Shown one piece after another: positions 52,082 to 61,486 of a stretch of DNA of 64,000 nucleotides (the stretch's first letter is position 1; every line of letters begins with the position of its first letter). The notes beneath the pieces were generated by a model. The model was not told where the DNA came from, did not search any database, and saw only the letters and a program-made list of their open reading frames with translations. Location: positions 11,504 to 75,503 of the forward strand of contig JAGLYP010000023.1 of NCBI GenBank assembly GCA_023132155.1, written 5' to 3'. This stretch comes from Candidatus Parcubacteria bacterium. GTDB taxonomy: Bacteria; Patescibacteriota; Patescibacteriia; Patescibacteriales; UBA12075. The position numbers were made by a program, and so were the translations under genes.

Positions 52082-53107
52082 ATGAAAAAATTAACTTTTA
52101 TTATAATATTATTAATTTTAACTGTATTTTGCGGTTTTTATTTTGTGTATCAATATAGTATCGGCGTAGCTGATACTAAAAATTACGAAGACATAACTTT
52201 TCGGGTTGCCAGCGGAGAAAGCGTAAAACAGATCGCGGAAAATTTATTAGAAAAAGATTTAATCAAGTCAAAATTTTATTTTTCACTTTATGTTAAAAGC
52301 CAAGACAAGGAAAACGTTTTGCAGGCCGGTGAATATATCCTGAATTCTTCAATGCCAATCAGAAAGATTGTTTCTATTCTGGCAAGCGGGCGCGCTTTAA
52401 GCAGGGAAAGGGATGTTAAAATTATTGAGGGATGGCGCTTAACGGATGTTGGGGAGTATTTGGAAAAAGAAGGCGTATCCACTAAACAGAAATTTTTAAG
52501 CTTAACTAAAAGCGCGGCTAATTGGCCTTTTGATTTTGAAAAACCAAAAATGTTAAACGCGATTCCGGCTAATGCCGATCTTGAGGGTTTTTTATTTCCG
52601 GATACTTATAGAATTTATAAAGATGATAATGAAGTTGTGCTTATAAAAAAGATGATAAATAATTTCGCTGATAAATTTACGGCAAAGATGGCGGAGGATG
52701 CCGCAAGGCAAGGACGCGATGTTTTTGAAGTCGTAACAATGGCTTCAATTATTGAAAAAGAAGTAAGAGGTTACGAAGATATGCGTATTGTTTCCGGTTT
52801 GTTTTGGAATCGCGTAAAAAACGGACGGGGATTAGAATCTTGCGCTACCTTAGCGTACATTTCGGGTGTTGATAAGCCGGTTTATTCCTTGGAAGATACA
52901 AAAATTAAATCCGATTATAATACTTATCAAAACCTTGGTTTGCCGCCGGGTCCGATATGCAATCCGGGATTAAACGCTTTAAATGCCGCGATTTATCCGG
53001 TTGATACGGATTATAATTATTTTTTAAGCCGATCGGATAATGGAGAAACCGTTTTTAGCAAAAGCTATCAGGAGCATCTGCGGAATAAGGCCAAATATTT
53101 GCGATAA
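52082..53107 (+). CDS. mltG: Endolytic transglycosylase MltG
   Basis: LEGFLFPDTY, MASIIEKE, YNTY..GLPPGPICNPG. Confidence 0.93.
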   Translation: MKKLTFIIILLILTVFCGFYFVYQYSIGVADTKNYEDITFRVASGESVKQIAENLLEKDLIKSKFYFSLYVKSQDKENVLQAGEYILNSSMPIRKIVSILASGRALSRERDVKIIEGWRLTDVGEYLEKEGVSTKQKFLSLTKSAANWPFDFEKPKMLNAIPANADLEGFLFPDTYRIYKDDNEVVLIKKMINNFADKFTAKMAEDAARQGRDVFEVVTMASIIEKEVRGYEDMRIVSGLFWNRVKNGRGLESCATLAYISGVDKPVYSLEDTKIKSDYNTYQNLGLPPGPICNPGLNALNAAIYPVDTDYNYFLSRSDNGETVFSKSYQEHLRNKAKYLR

Positions 53108-53180
53108 GATTTGAATAATGGTATAATATTAGTGAGCGAAGTTTGCTAATATTTTTTATTTGCGAATGTTTTTTTTGTGA

Positions 53181-54740
53181 ATGACCCTAGATTTGTCGCC
53201 AATTTATAATTTTTTTGCCTTGCCCATGAATGAGCAAGTATATCTTTTTTTGCTGTATTTCGCGTGGATTCCGGTTGCTTTTGTAATTCTTTATGGCGCC
53301 AAAGAACTGTGGGTAGATTATATTCAAGGCAAATGGGCGGCAGAGCAAAAATATATTTTACTGGCGATTGATATTCAGCGCGGAAATGAACAATCAGTTA
53401 AAGCGGTAGAAAATTTATTTGTATATTTTGGCGGAGCGCATGGCACTTTTAGTTTAATTGAAAAATTTTGGGTAGGAAAACATCAGCTTGGTTTTAGCTT
53501 TGAAATTGTCAGTATAGAAGGATATACCCAGTTTTTAATCCATACGCATGAAGCATTTCGCAATTTTGTTGAAACCGCGATTTATGCCCAGTATCCTGAC
53601 GCTGAAATTACCGAAGTTGATGATTATGTTGAAGATATCCCCACTAAATATCCTGATGATGAATATGATATTTGGGGCGCGGAATTTATTTATAGCGATC
53701 CTCCCGCTTATCCGATTAGGACTTATAAGGATTTTGAGGATACGGCAGCCGGCAAGCCCGAACTTCAGTTTAAAGACCCGATGGCTTCGTTAATGGACTT
53801 ATGCAGCAGCCTGGGACCGGGTGAACAGCTTTGGTATCAGATGATTATCGTGCCTACTGACTTTGAATGGACAAAAGAACTGAACAAAGAAGCCGGTAAA
53901 ATTTTAAATGAAAAAGTAAAGGCCGAAAAAGGCTCTTTTTCCAAGTTTTTCGGCGAAATCAAGAGCTGGATTGATGAATTCACCGAACAGGCGTTCAGCT
54001 GGAGCATGGGTTCTTTTGCTGAAGCGGAAACGGCTGATGACGCTTTAAAAATGATGAATTTGAAACCTCAGGAAAAAAAGCAGATTGAGGCTATTCAAAA
54101 TAAAATATCAAAAATCGGTTTTGAAGCAAAAAATAGGATGATTTATGTGGCTAAGAAAGAAAATATGAACAAACCCAAAGTTGTTAACGGTTTTGTGGGC
54201 TATATGAAGCAATTTACCGACTGGGATTTAAACGGTTTAAAGCCGGACATGAAAAAAACCGCGACCTCAACTTCTTATTTTTTTAAAGAAGCGCGCGTTA
54301 ATGCCAAAAAAATTAAAATAATGGCGGCCTATAAAAAAAGAAGCGATTTTTTAGGGCGTTTAACTAAAGTTTTTAATGTTGAAGAATTGGCGACTTTGTG
54401 GCATTTTCCAATTGAAAGCGTAGTTAAGGCGCCATTAATTCAAAAGGCGGCAGGCCGCAAGGCAGAACCGCCAATGAGCCTGCCCTTAAGCGAGGGCGCG
54501 GTAAGTGAAGCGGCTTTATATCCCGAAGATGAAGATATTTTTGGCGGCGTTGATTTGAAAGAGAGCGGCGCTAACCATGAAGAAAAAGAAGATGATAATA
54601 AAATAAAAGATAAGCGCGGTGATTTGGATGAGATATTCAGTATTGAAGAAGATATTAATAAAAAATATCCCGTGAAAAAAATAAAAATCGCCCCGGCCGA
54701 GGCTAAAAGTTCGCCTCCGTCCAATTTGCCTTTTGCCTGA
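53181..54740 (+). CDS. Hypothetical membrane-anchored protein, partner of downstream ATPase
   Basis: N-terminal TM, SFEIVS, AQYPDAEI, ELATLWHFP; 19 bp from next gene. Confidence 0.7.
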   Translation: MTLDLSPIYNFFALPMNEQVYLFLLYFAWIPVAFVILYGAKELWVDYIQGKWAAEQKYILLAIDIQRGNEQSVKAVENLFVYFGGAHGTFSLIEKFWVGKHQLGFSFEIVSIEGYTQFLIHTHEAFRNFVETAIYAQYPDAEITEVDDYVEDIPTKYPDDEYDIWGAEFIYSDPPAYPIRTYKDFEDTAAGKPELQFKDPMASLMDLCSSLGPGEQLWYQMIIVPTDFEWTKELNKEAGKILNEKVKAEKGSFSKFFGEIKSWIDEFTEQAFSWSMGSFAEAETADDALKMMNLKPQEKKQIEAIQNKISKIGFEAKNRMIYVAKKENMNKPKVVNGFVGYMKQFTDWDLNGLKPDMKKTATSTSYFFKEARVNAKKIKIMAAYKKRSDFLGRLTKVFNVEELATLWHFPIESVVKAPLIQKAAGRKAEPPMSLPLSEGAVSEAALYPEDEDIFGGVDLKESGANHEEKEDDNKIKDKRGDLDEIFSIEEDINKKYPVKKIKIAPAEAKSSPPSNLPFA

Positions 54741-54759
54741 TTTATATTAAAAAGAAAAT

Positions 54760-56514
54760 ATGTTCAACGATGATATAACAGTATTTGCGGAAACGACTTT
54801 TCGCAATAAAAATCAAAAATTCGGAATCAAAATTGACGATCGGCGCCGGCATATGTATCTGATTGGAAAGACAGGCATGGGCAAATCAACGGTTTTGGAA
54901 AATATGATAATTGGCGATATTCGCGCGGGAAAAGGCGTTGCAATCGTGGATCCGCACGGGGATTTGGCGGAAAAAGTGATTGAGTATATTCCGACGGACA
55001 GAATCAACGATGTGGTTTATTTTAATCCGGCGGATATGGAGAATCCGATTGCTTTTAACGTGGTTGAGCATGTCGCGCCGCATTTAAGGCATTTGGTTGC
55101 CTCCGGACTTTTGGGGGTTTTTCAAAAATTGTGGGCTGATTCATGGGGGCCGCGGCTTGAATATATTTTAAGAAATTCAATATTGGCGGTTTTGGATTAT
55201 CCGGGTTCCACGCTTTTGGCGGTAACCCGCATGCTGTCTGATAAAAAATTCAGGAAAAAAGTAATTGATAAAATTCAGGATCCGGTTGTAAAGGCTTTTT
55301 GGGTAAATGAGTTTGCCGGCTATAATGATAAATTCGCCTCTGAAGCGGTTTCGCCGATACAAAATAAAGTCGGACAATTTTTATCAAGCTCTTTAATCAG
55401 GAATATTGTCGGACAGGTGAAATCTTCAATTGATATGCGGAAAATTATGGATGAAGGCAAAATTTTGATTATGAATTTAAGCAAAGGGAGAATCGGCGAA
55501 GATAATTCACGCCTTTTAGGCGCGATGATGATTACCAAAATTCAATTGGCGGCCATGAGCAGGGTAGATGTTGATGAAAGCGAAAGAAAAGATTTTTATT
55601 TATATGTAGACGAATTTCAAAATTTTGCCACTGACAGCTTTGCCAATATTTTATCCGAGGCCAGAAAATATCGTTTGAATTTGGTTTTAGCGCATCAATA
55701 TGTTGAGCAGGTTGAAGAAAAAGTGCGCAACGCGATATTCGGCAATGTCGGCACCTTGATTGTGTTTCGCGTGGGCGCGGCTGATGCCGAGTGGGTGGTT
55801 CCTGAATTTACACCGACTTTTACCGAAGAAGATATTGTTAATCTTCCTAAATATGAAGTTTATTTAAAATTAATGATTGACGGAATCGCGTCCGAGCCTT
55901 TTTCAGCCAGAGGCTTGCCGCCTTTGTCTGATTCTGAAAAAACCGGAAATACGCAAAAAGTGATTAGTGTTTGCCGTGAGCGCTATGCTAAACCCAGAGA
56001 GGTGGTTGAAGATAAAATAAATCGTTGGCATGAAGACGGCGGCAAAGATGAGGAAGAATATGATAATAGAAATAGTAAAACACAAAATAATAATATTAAA
56101 AATATCGGCGAAACGGATAATAAAAAAAATAATTCCAGCATCAGCCCGGTTGCTAAAAATCTTGATAATTCTGTTTATAAACACGAGGCAAAATGCAGCC
56201 GTTGCGGCAAAGATACGAAGATTTCTTTTAAACCGGATGGAATCCGCCCGATCTATTGCCGTGATTGTTTGACAATAATACGAGAAGAAAAAAAACAAGA
56301 ACTTGAAAATCGCAAGGAACTTAAAAGCAGAGAATTAAAAAAAATTAAAAACAAATCAGAAGATGCTGTTATGCAAGATGTCTCAACTATTTCCCTTAAA
56401 GACGCGTTGTCAAAGCCTCCGGTAAAATTTAAAGCGGGCTCACGGAGACAATTTAATAAATCCCAAAAACCAAAAACCAACATTCTTGGAGAAGGGGAGG
56501 AAGTTGTGTTTTGA
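54760..56514 (+). CDS. VirD4/TraD/HerA-like coupling ATPase with CxxC-x17-CxxC domain
   Basis: RHMYLIGKTGMGKS, DPHGD, YVDEFQNF, EARKY, AHQY; CSRC...CRDC. Confidence 0.85.
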   Translation: MFNDDITVFAETTFRNKNQKFGIKIDDRRRHMYLIGKTGMGKSTVLENMIIGDIRAGKGVAIVDPHGDLAEKVIEYIPTDRINDVVYFNPADMENPIAFNVVEHVAPHLRHLVASGLLGVFQKLWADSWGPRLEYILRNSILAVLDYPGSTLLAVTRMLSDKKFRKKVIDKIQDPVVKAFWVNEFAGYNDKFASEAVSPIQNKVGQFLSSSLIRNIVGQVKSSIDMRKIMDEGKILIMNLSKGRIGEDNSRLLGAMMITKIQLAAMSRVDVDESERKDFYLYVDEFQNFATDSFANILSEARKYRLNLVLAHQYVEQVEEKVRNAIFGNVGTLIVFRVGAADAEWVVPEFTPTFTEEDIVNLPKYEVYLKLMIDGIASEPFSARGLPPLSDSEKTGNTQKVISVCRERYAKPREVVEDKINRWHEDGGKDEEEYDNRNSKTQNNNIKNIGETDNKKNNSSISPVAKNLDNSVYKHEAKCSRCGKDTKISFKPDGIRPIYCRDCLTIIREEKKQELENRKELKSRELKKIKNKSEDAVMQDVSTISLKDALSKPPVKFKAGSRRQFNKSQKPKTNILGEGEEVVF

Positions 56515-56599
56515 TGATTTATGGCTATTCAGATGTTAGTTTGAAAAGTGTTAAGGTGTAATTATGTGCGATATTATTTTAAATTTACCTGTTAATTTT

Positions 56600-56736
56600 G
56601 TCATTTCGACGAGCGCTAGCGAGGAGAAATCCCTTAAACGCGAAAATATAATAGAATTGCCTGTTTAAATAAGACGTACTAAAATACAACATTCAAGGGA
56701 TTTCTCACTTCCGCTGACGCTTCAGTTCGAAATGAC
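56600..56736. repeat. Inverted pair of GTCATTTCGA-type REPs just upstream of a GIY-YIG gene
   Basis: GTCATTTCGAC...GAGAAATCCC (56600-56633) / GGGATTTCTC...TTCGAAATGAC (56697-56736). Confidence 0.85.
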
Positions 56737-56757
56737 AAATAAAAAGTTTTTTTATTT

Positions 56758-57057
56758 ATGCAAAAAAAAGGATACAATTTTTATGTATATATTATGGCAA
56801 GCACAAGCGGTACGATTTATATTGGGATGACAAATAATTTGGAAAGAAGAGTTATTGAACATAAAAAAGGAGTAATTAACGGCTTCTCAAAAAAATATTC
56901 ATGCAATAAGCTTATATATTATGAACATTATCAATATGTATATGATGCGATTAGTAGAGAAAAAGAAATTAAAAAATGGCGCAGAGAGAAAAAACAAAAA
57001 TTGGTTGCAAAATTAAATCCGCATTGGAATGATTTGTCAAAAGAATTGTTTATATGA
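56758..57057 (+). CDS. GIY-YIG nuclease (stand-alone, about 100 aa)
   Basis: YVYIMAS..GTIYIGMTNNLERRVIEHK...AISREKEIKKWRR...NPHWNDL. Confidence 0.92.
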   Translation: MQKKGYNFYVYIMASTSGTIYIGMTNNLERRVIEHKKGVINGFSKKYSCNKLIYYEHYQYVYDAISREKEIKKWRREKKQKLVAKLNPHWNDLSKELFI

Positions 57058-57208
57058 CAAGAAAAATAAAAATCAATATTTTTGAAGAGGGAAATAGGAT
57101 GATGGATTTTGACATATAATTATTTTTGTATAATAATGTGTTTACGAGCATTGATGACAGGTTGCATAATCCGCATAGGCATAAATATCTATGCTACATT
57201 TGATTTTA

Positions 57209-57240
57209 TAAGCCCTGCCTCTCGCGAGAGGCAGGGCTTA
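57209..57240. repeat. TCGCGA-core REP palindrome
   Basis: TAAGCCCTGCCTCTCGCGAGAGGCAGGGCTTA, perfect palindrome. Confidence 0.85.
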
Positions 57241-57319
57241 CAAAATTATTAATTTAGCCAAGTCATTCATGGCTGGGCGGTGAAATTTTACATTTTAATA
57301 GTTTTTTGAGAAATTTTTT

Positions 57320-57501
57320 AAAAAGAAAACAGCTCAAGAGGTTAGACCAATCAAGCTGAAAAAGTTAATTTGGTTATCCCATACCCGCTATTTTACGCGG
57401 CCCTTTCTCACGATGTTAGTGAGCAGGAGTGGCTAGTTCTACTATTTGCAGCGGGCGTAGACAGGTGCGTTATTGCGCCCAAAGCCATTCCCAAATTAAC
57501 T
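57320..57501 (-). ncRNA. Unidentified structured small RNA with promoter and terminator
   Basis: TTGACA-17-TAGGAT (57536-57508); 11-bp closing stem 57491-57501 / 57363-57373; internal hairpins and pseudoknot; CAGCTTGA/TTGAGCTG-T-run terminator. Confidence 0.65.
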
Positions 57502-57655
57502 AAAATTATCCTAGCATATCAATTACAATTTGTCAATAGCGGGTGTAAAAAAAAATTTAAAAAATGGCTTAAGTTAAAAAAAATATTTATAATTTTAATA
57601 CAAAATATTCGGATTATTATACATAAATAAATTTTATTTTAAAATAAACATATTT

Positions 57656-59527
57656 ATGACCTCAAAACAAATACGACAAAAATATTTGAATTTTTTTAAA
57701 AAGCAAGGGCATGTGATTATTCCCAGCGCGTCATTGATTCCTGAAAATGACCCCTCTTCACTTTTTACAAGTTCAGGTATGCAGCCTCTAGTTCCTTACT
57801 TGACTGGAGAAACTCATCCGGAAGGGGCTCGACTTACAAATAGCCAAAAATCATTTCGTTCCGGAGATATAGAGGAGGTTGGAGATAACAGGCATAATAC
57901 TTTTTTTGAAATGCTGGGAAATTGGAGTTTGGGGGATTATTTTAAGAAAGAACAACTGCGCTGGCTTTTTGAATTTTTAATTAAGGAAATTAAACTTGAC
58001 CCAAAACGAATATACGCAACGGTTTATTCCGGTAATAAGGAAATCGGCGTAGAGCAAGATAATGAATCAGTTGAAATTTGGCAAGAATTATTTAAAGAGG
58101 CTGGTATTGAAGCCATGGATTACGATAACGTAGAAAAAGCAGGCATGAGAGATGGCAGGATATTTTATTATGGAGATGAAAGAAATTGGTGGAGCCGTTC
58201 CGGCGAGCCGGCAAATATGCCGATTGGTGAAATCGGCGGTCCGGATTCGGAAGTATTTTATGATTTGGGCGCGGATTTAAAAAGGCACGAAAATTCAAAA
58301 TGGAAAAATGAACCCTGCCATGTGAATTGTGATTGCGGCCGTTTTATTGAAATTGGCAACAGTGTTTTTATTCAGTATATAAAAACAAAAAGCGGATTTG
58401 AACAATTGAAGCAGAAAAACGTGGATTTTGGCGGCGGCTTAGAGAGAATAACTATGGTGAGCCAGAAAAAAGATAATGTTTTTGAAACTGATTTATTTGA
58501 AAATATTTTGGAAAAAATAAAAGAATTATCAGGCAATAAAAATTATCGCGATCATACCCGCGCTTTTGAAGTAATTGCCGATCATTTAAAAGGCGCTTGT
58601 TTTCTAATGGGAGATGACAAAGGAATCGCGCCGTCAAATGTTGACCAAGGTTATATTATCAGACGTTTAATTAGACGTGCCGTACGTTTCGGCCGTAAGC
58701 TCGGAATTAACAATATTGGATGGACAAAAGAGGTTGCGGAAATAGTGATTAGTGATTATGAATATATTTACGGAGAATTAAAACGAAACAAGGAATTTAT
58801 TTTGTCCGAAATGGAGAAAGAAGAAAAGAAGTTTCAAAAAACTTTGGAAAAGGGTGAAAAAATGATAAAAGATGAAATAATTGACGGAGAATCAGCATTC
58901 AATTTATTTCAAACTTACGGATATCCGATAGAAATGACAATTGAGATTGCCCAAGAAAGAAATATTAAATTATCAGATGATTTTTATAAGGAATATAATG
59001 AAGCCTTAAAAAAACATCAAGAACTATCCCGAACCGCAAGCGCGGGAAAATTTAAAGGCGGTTTGGCTGATTCCGGTGAAGAAACCACAAAATTGCATAC
59101 CGCGGCCCATCTTCTGCTTGAGTCTTTGCGAAGAGTTTTAGGCGGTCACGTTTGTCAGCGCGGCAGTAATATCACAGCTGAACGCTTGCGTTTTGATTTT
59201 AATCATGGTGAAAAATTAAGCGATCAAGAAAAACATAAAGTGGAAGATATGGTTAATGAACAGATTAACAAAAAGTTAGACGTAACAGTACGGGAAATGA
59301 GCCTTGAAGAAGCAAAAAAGCAAGGCGCCACCGGAGTTTTTGAATCAAAATACGGCGAAAAGGTTAAAGTTTATACCATAGGCAAAGGTGAAGATGCATT
59401 TTCAATGGAAATATGCGGCGGTCCGCATGTGAAAAATATCGGTAATTTGGGAAAATTCAAAATAAAAAAGGAAAAATCCTCCTCAGCAGGAGTAAGGCGC
59501 ATTAAAGCCGTGCTTGAATTTTGCTAA
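57656..59527 (+). CDS. alaS: Alanine--tRNA ligase (short, no C-Ala domain)
   Basis: HNTFFEMLGNWSLGDYFK, VDFGGGLER, HTAAH, EICGGPH, AGVRRIKA. Confidence 0.95.
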   Translation: MTSKQIRQKYLNFFKKQGHVIIPSASLIPENDPSSLFTSSGMQPLVPYLTGETHPEGARLTNSQKSFRSGDIEEVGDNRHNTFFEMLGNWSLGDYFKKEQLRWLFEFLIKEIKLDPKRIYATVYSGNKEIGVEQDNESVEIWQELFKEAGIEAMDYDNVEKAGMRDGRIFYYGDERNWWSRSGEPANMPIGEIGGPDSEVFYDLGADLKRHENSKWKNEPCHVNCDCGRFIEIGNSVFIQYIKTKSGFEQLKQKNVDFGGGLERITMVSQKKDNVFETDLFENILEKIKELSGNKNYRDHTRAFEVIADHLKGACFLMGDDKGIAPSNVDQGYIIRRLIRRAVRFGRKLGINNIGWTKEVAEIVISDYEYIYGELKRNKEFILSEMEKEEKKFQKTLEKGEKMIKDEIIDGESAFNLFQTYGYPIEMTIEIAQERNIKLSDDFYKEYNEALKKHQELSRTASAGKFKGGLADSGEETTKLHTAAHLLLESLRRVLGGHVCQRGSNITAERLRFDFNHGEKLSDQEKHKVEDMVNEQINKKLDVTVREMSLEEAKKQGATGVFESKYGEKVKVYTIGKGEDAFSMEICGGPHVKNIGNLGKFKIKKEKSSSAGVRRIKAVLEFC

Positions 59528-59734
59528 TATTAAATAATTATTTTATTTCTTTGAAAATAGCAATTTTTTACTTGACAATAAAATTATTTAGATATATAAT
59601 ATTTTTATAATATTCAAGTAAATTATTAAAATATTACCAATATTATTTTGGTAGAATTTTTAAATTTTGCCAATTTTTTTGTGTTTATTGAAAGCAATAA
59701 AATATTAATTTTAAAGTAAAGAAAAATTTCAATA

Positions 59735-59805
59735 TTATCATTCGCATGTCCCGCACGTGTGCCGTTCTACGGTATTTGTAGGCGCGGGTTCGCGAAGCGA
59801 ATAAC
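59735..59805 (+). repeat. TTCGCATGTCCCG element, copy 2 (expanded loop)
   Basis: Same arms as 3655-3706 with about 19 extra nt in the loop; before infA. Confidence 0.8.
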
Positions 59806-59811
59806 TTATTA

Positions 59812-60054
59812 ATGACAAAAAAACAAGATAAAAAAACAGTAGATTCAAAAGAGTTTATTGAAGTAACGGGTGAGGTATTGGAATTAATGCCTGCCACAAC
59901 ATTTAAAGTTATGCTGGAAAACGGGCACGAAATATTGGCCCATCTTTCCGGACGAATGAGAATGCACAGGATTCGTTTATTGCCCGGCGATAAAGTAAAA
60001 GTGCAAATGAGTCCCTATGATTTAAGCAAGGGCAGAATTACATACAGAATGTAA
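59812..60054 (+). CDS. infA: Translation initiation factor IF-1
   Basis: [16 protein letters not shown]...GDKV...[13 protein letters not shown]. Confidence 0.96.
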   Translation: MTKKQDKKTVDSKEFIEVTGEVLELMPATTFKVMLENGHEILAHLSGRMRMHRIRLLPGDKVKVQMSPYDLSKGRITYRM

Positions 60055-60069
60055 TTCTTGTTAATATTA

Positions 60070-60121
60070 TTATAATTCGCATGTCCCGTATTCGTAGTTG
60101 CGGGTTCGCGAAGCGAATAAC
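60070..60121 (+). repeat. TTCGCATGTCCCG element, copy 3
   Basis: Ends 2 nt before the rpmJ ATG. Confidence 0.85.
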
Positions 60122-60123
60122 CT

Positions 60124-60237
60124 ATGAAAGTCAGAGCTTCGGTAAAAAAAATGTGTAAAGATTGCAAGATCATTCGCCGCAAAGGGCGCGTGATTGTTTT
60201 GTGCAAAAATCCGAAGCATAAACAAAGGCAGGGATAA
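60124..60237 (+). CDS. rpmJ: 50S ribosomal protein L36 (not in ORF track)
   Basis: [37 protein letters not shown]. Confidence 0.97.
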   Translation: MKVRASVKKMCKDCKIIRRKGRVIVLCKNPKHKQRQG

Positions 60238-60241
60238 ATTA

Positions 60242-60300
60242 ATTTTAGATTTTAGATTTATGAATTATTTTATTAATTCAAAAATCATAAATCATAAATC
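60242..60300. repeat. Head-to-head ATTTWKG/CMWAAAT heptamer array
   Basis: attttagattttagatttatga / aaatcataaatcataaatc; same family at 419-451, 23747-23777, 61418-61478. Confidence 0.75.
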
Positions 60301-60311
60301 AGCAATATAAT

Positions 60312-60704
60312 ATGGCCGTAAGAATATCTGGAGTTACAATACCAAACGAGAAAAGAGTTGAAATCGCTTTAACTTATATTTATGGTATTGGCTTAAAAAG
60401 GGCAAATGATATTTTGAAAACAGCAAAAGTGAGTCCTGACGCGAGAGTAAAAGATTTAAAAGAAGATGAAGCTAATAATTTGAGAAATATTATTGAAAAA
60501 CAGCATAAAGTTGAAGGAGATTTGCGGCGGGAAGTTCTTGGCAATATAAAGCGTTTAAAAGAAATTAACAGTTACCGCGGATCAAGGCACGCCAAGAATT
60601 TGCCGGTAAGAGGACAAAGGACTAAAACTAATAATCGCACAGTTCGCGGAAATAGAAGATCAACTGCTGTTTCCGTAAAGAAACAAATAGCGCAAAAAAC
60701 ATAA
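60312..60704 (+). CDS. rpsM: 30S ribosomal protein S13
   Basis: [26 protein letters not shown]. Confidence 0.97.
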   Translation: MAVRISGVTIPNEKRVEIALTYIYGIGLKRANDILKTAKVSPDARVKDLKEDEANNLRNIIEKQHKVEGDLRREVLGNIKRLKEINSYRGSRHAKNLPVRGQRTKTNNRTVRGNRRSTAVSVKKQIAQKT

Positions 60705-60730
60705 AAATTAATATATTATAAATATTTAAA

Positions 60731-61411
60731 ATGACAGAAGATAAAAAAGCTACAGTCAAAACAGGGGAATCCGCTTCTGAGAAAAAATCCGCTGCCGCTG
60801 AAGCTAAGACGGGCAAATCCGCTATGTCCAAAGAAGCAACGGACAATAAAGAAAAAAAAGTTGAAAAATCAACTGCTCTTAAGGCTGAAAAAAGTAAAAA
60901 AGAAGTTAAAAGCGGCAATGCCCCGAAAAGCGAGGCTGACTTGGGCTTGGAAGAATTGCCGGAAGAAATTAAGAAAAAATTAGAAAAAAAGAAAGCCGAA
61001 AGAGACCAGAAATCAAAAGGGAAAAAGGCGCGAAAAAAGAAAAAGAAAACAGCGCGAACTAACGTTTCCGTTGGAAAAGCCTTTATAAAAGCAACATACA
61101 ATAATACAATTGTTACTATAACCGATTTACAGGGCAATGTTATTTCTTGGGCAAGCGCCGGAATCGCGGGGTTTAAAGGACCGAAAAAATCAACTCCATA
61201 CGCCGCTTCCGTTATTACCCGTTTAGCGGTCGGAAAGGCAAAGGAAGAATATGGATTATCCGAAGTAAGCGTTTTTGTAAAAGGCGTTGGAACAGGAAGA
61301 GAGTCGGCCGTTAGGGCATTGAACAGCAATGGCTTGAATGTTACTTTAATTAAAGATGTTACGCCGATTCCTCATAATGGCTGCAGGCACAGAAAACCAA
61401 GAAGAGTCTAA
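60731..61411 (+). CDS. rpsK: 30S ribosomal protein S11 with long K/E/A-rich N-terminal extension
   Basis: [31 protein letters not shown]. Confidence 0.93.
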   Translation: MTEDKKATVKTGESASEKKSAAAEAKTGKSAMSKEATDNKEKKVEKSTALKAEKSKKEVKSGNAPKSEADLGLEELPEEIKKKLEKKKAERDQKSKGKKARKKKKKTARTNVSVGKAFIKATYNNTIVTITDLQGNVISWASAGIAGFKGPKKSTPYAASVITRLAVGKAKEEYGLSEVSVFVKGVGTGRESAVRALNSNGLNVTLIKDVTPIPHNGCRHRKPRRV

Positions 61412-61417
61412 TAATAT

Positions 61418-61478
61418 ATGATTTTAGATTTATGATTTATGATTTTTATATCATAAATCCAAAATCTAAAATCTGAAA
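61418..61478. repeat. Head-to-head heptamer array between rpsK and rpsD
   Basis: atgattttagatttatgatttatga / tcataaatccaaaatctaaaatct. Confidence 0.75.
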
Positions 61479-61486
61479 TTCCAAAT

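Noticed and set aside
57363-57501. Cobalamin riboswitch, SRP RNA, pistol ribozyme or alaS T-box
   Set aside because: Only scattered words match (GGGAA, GCCACT); there is no B12 box, SRP GGAA core or T-box GGTGGTACC, and no same-strand downstream gene.
57370-57630. 86-aa plus-strand ORF
   Set aside because: TTG start, overlaps the structured RNA and its promoter, no recognisable protein features.
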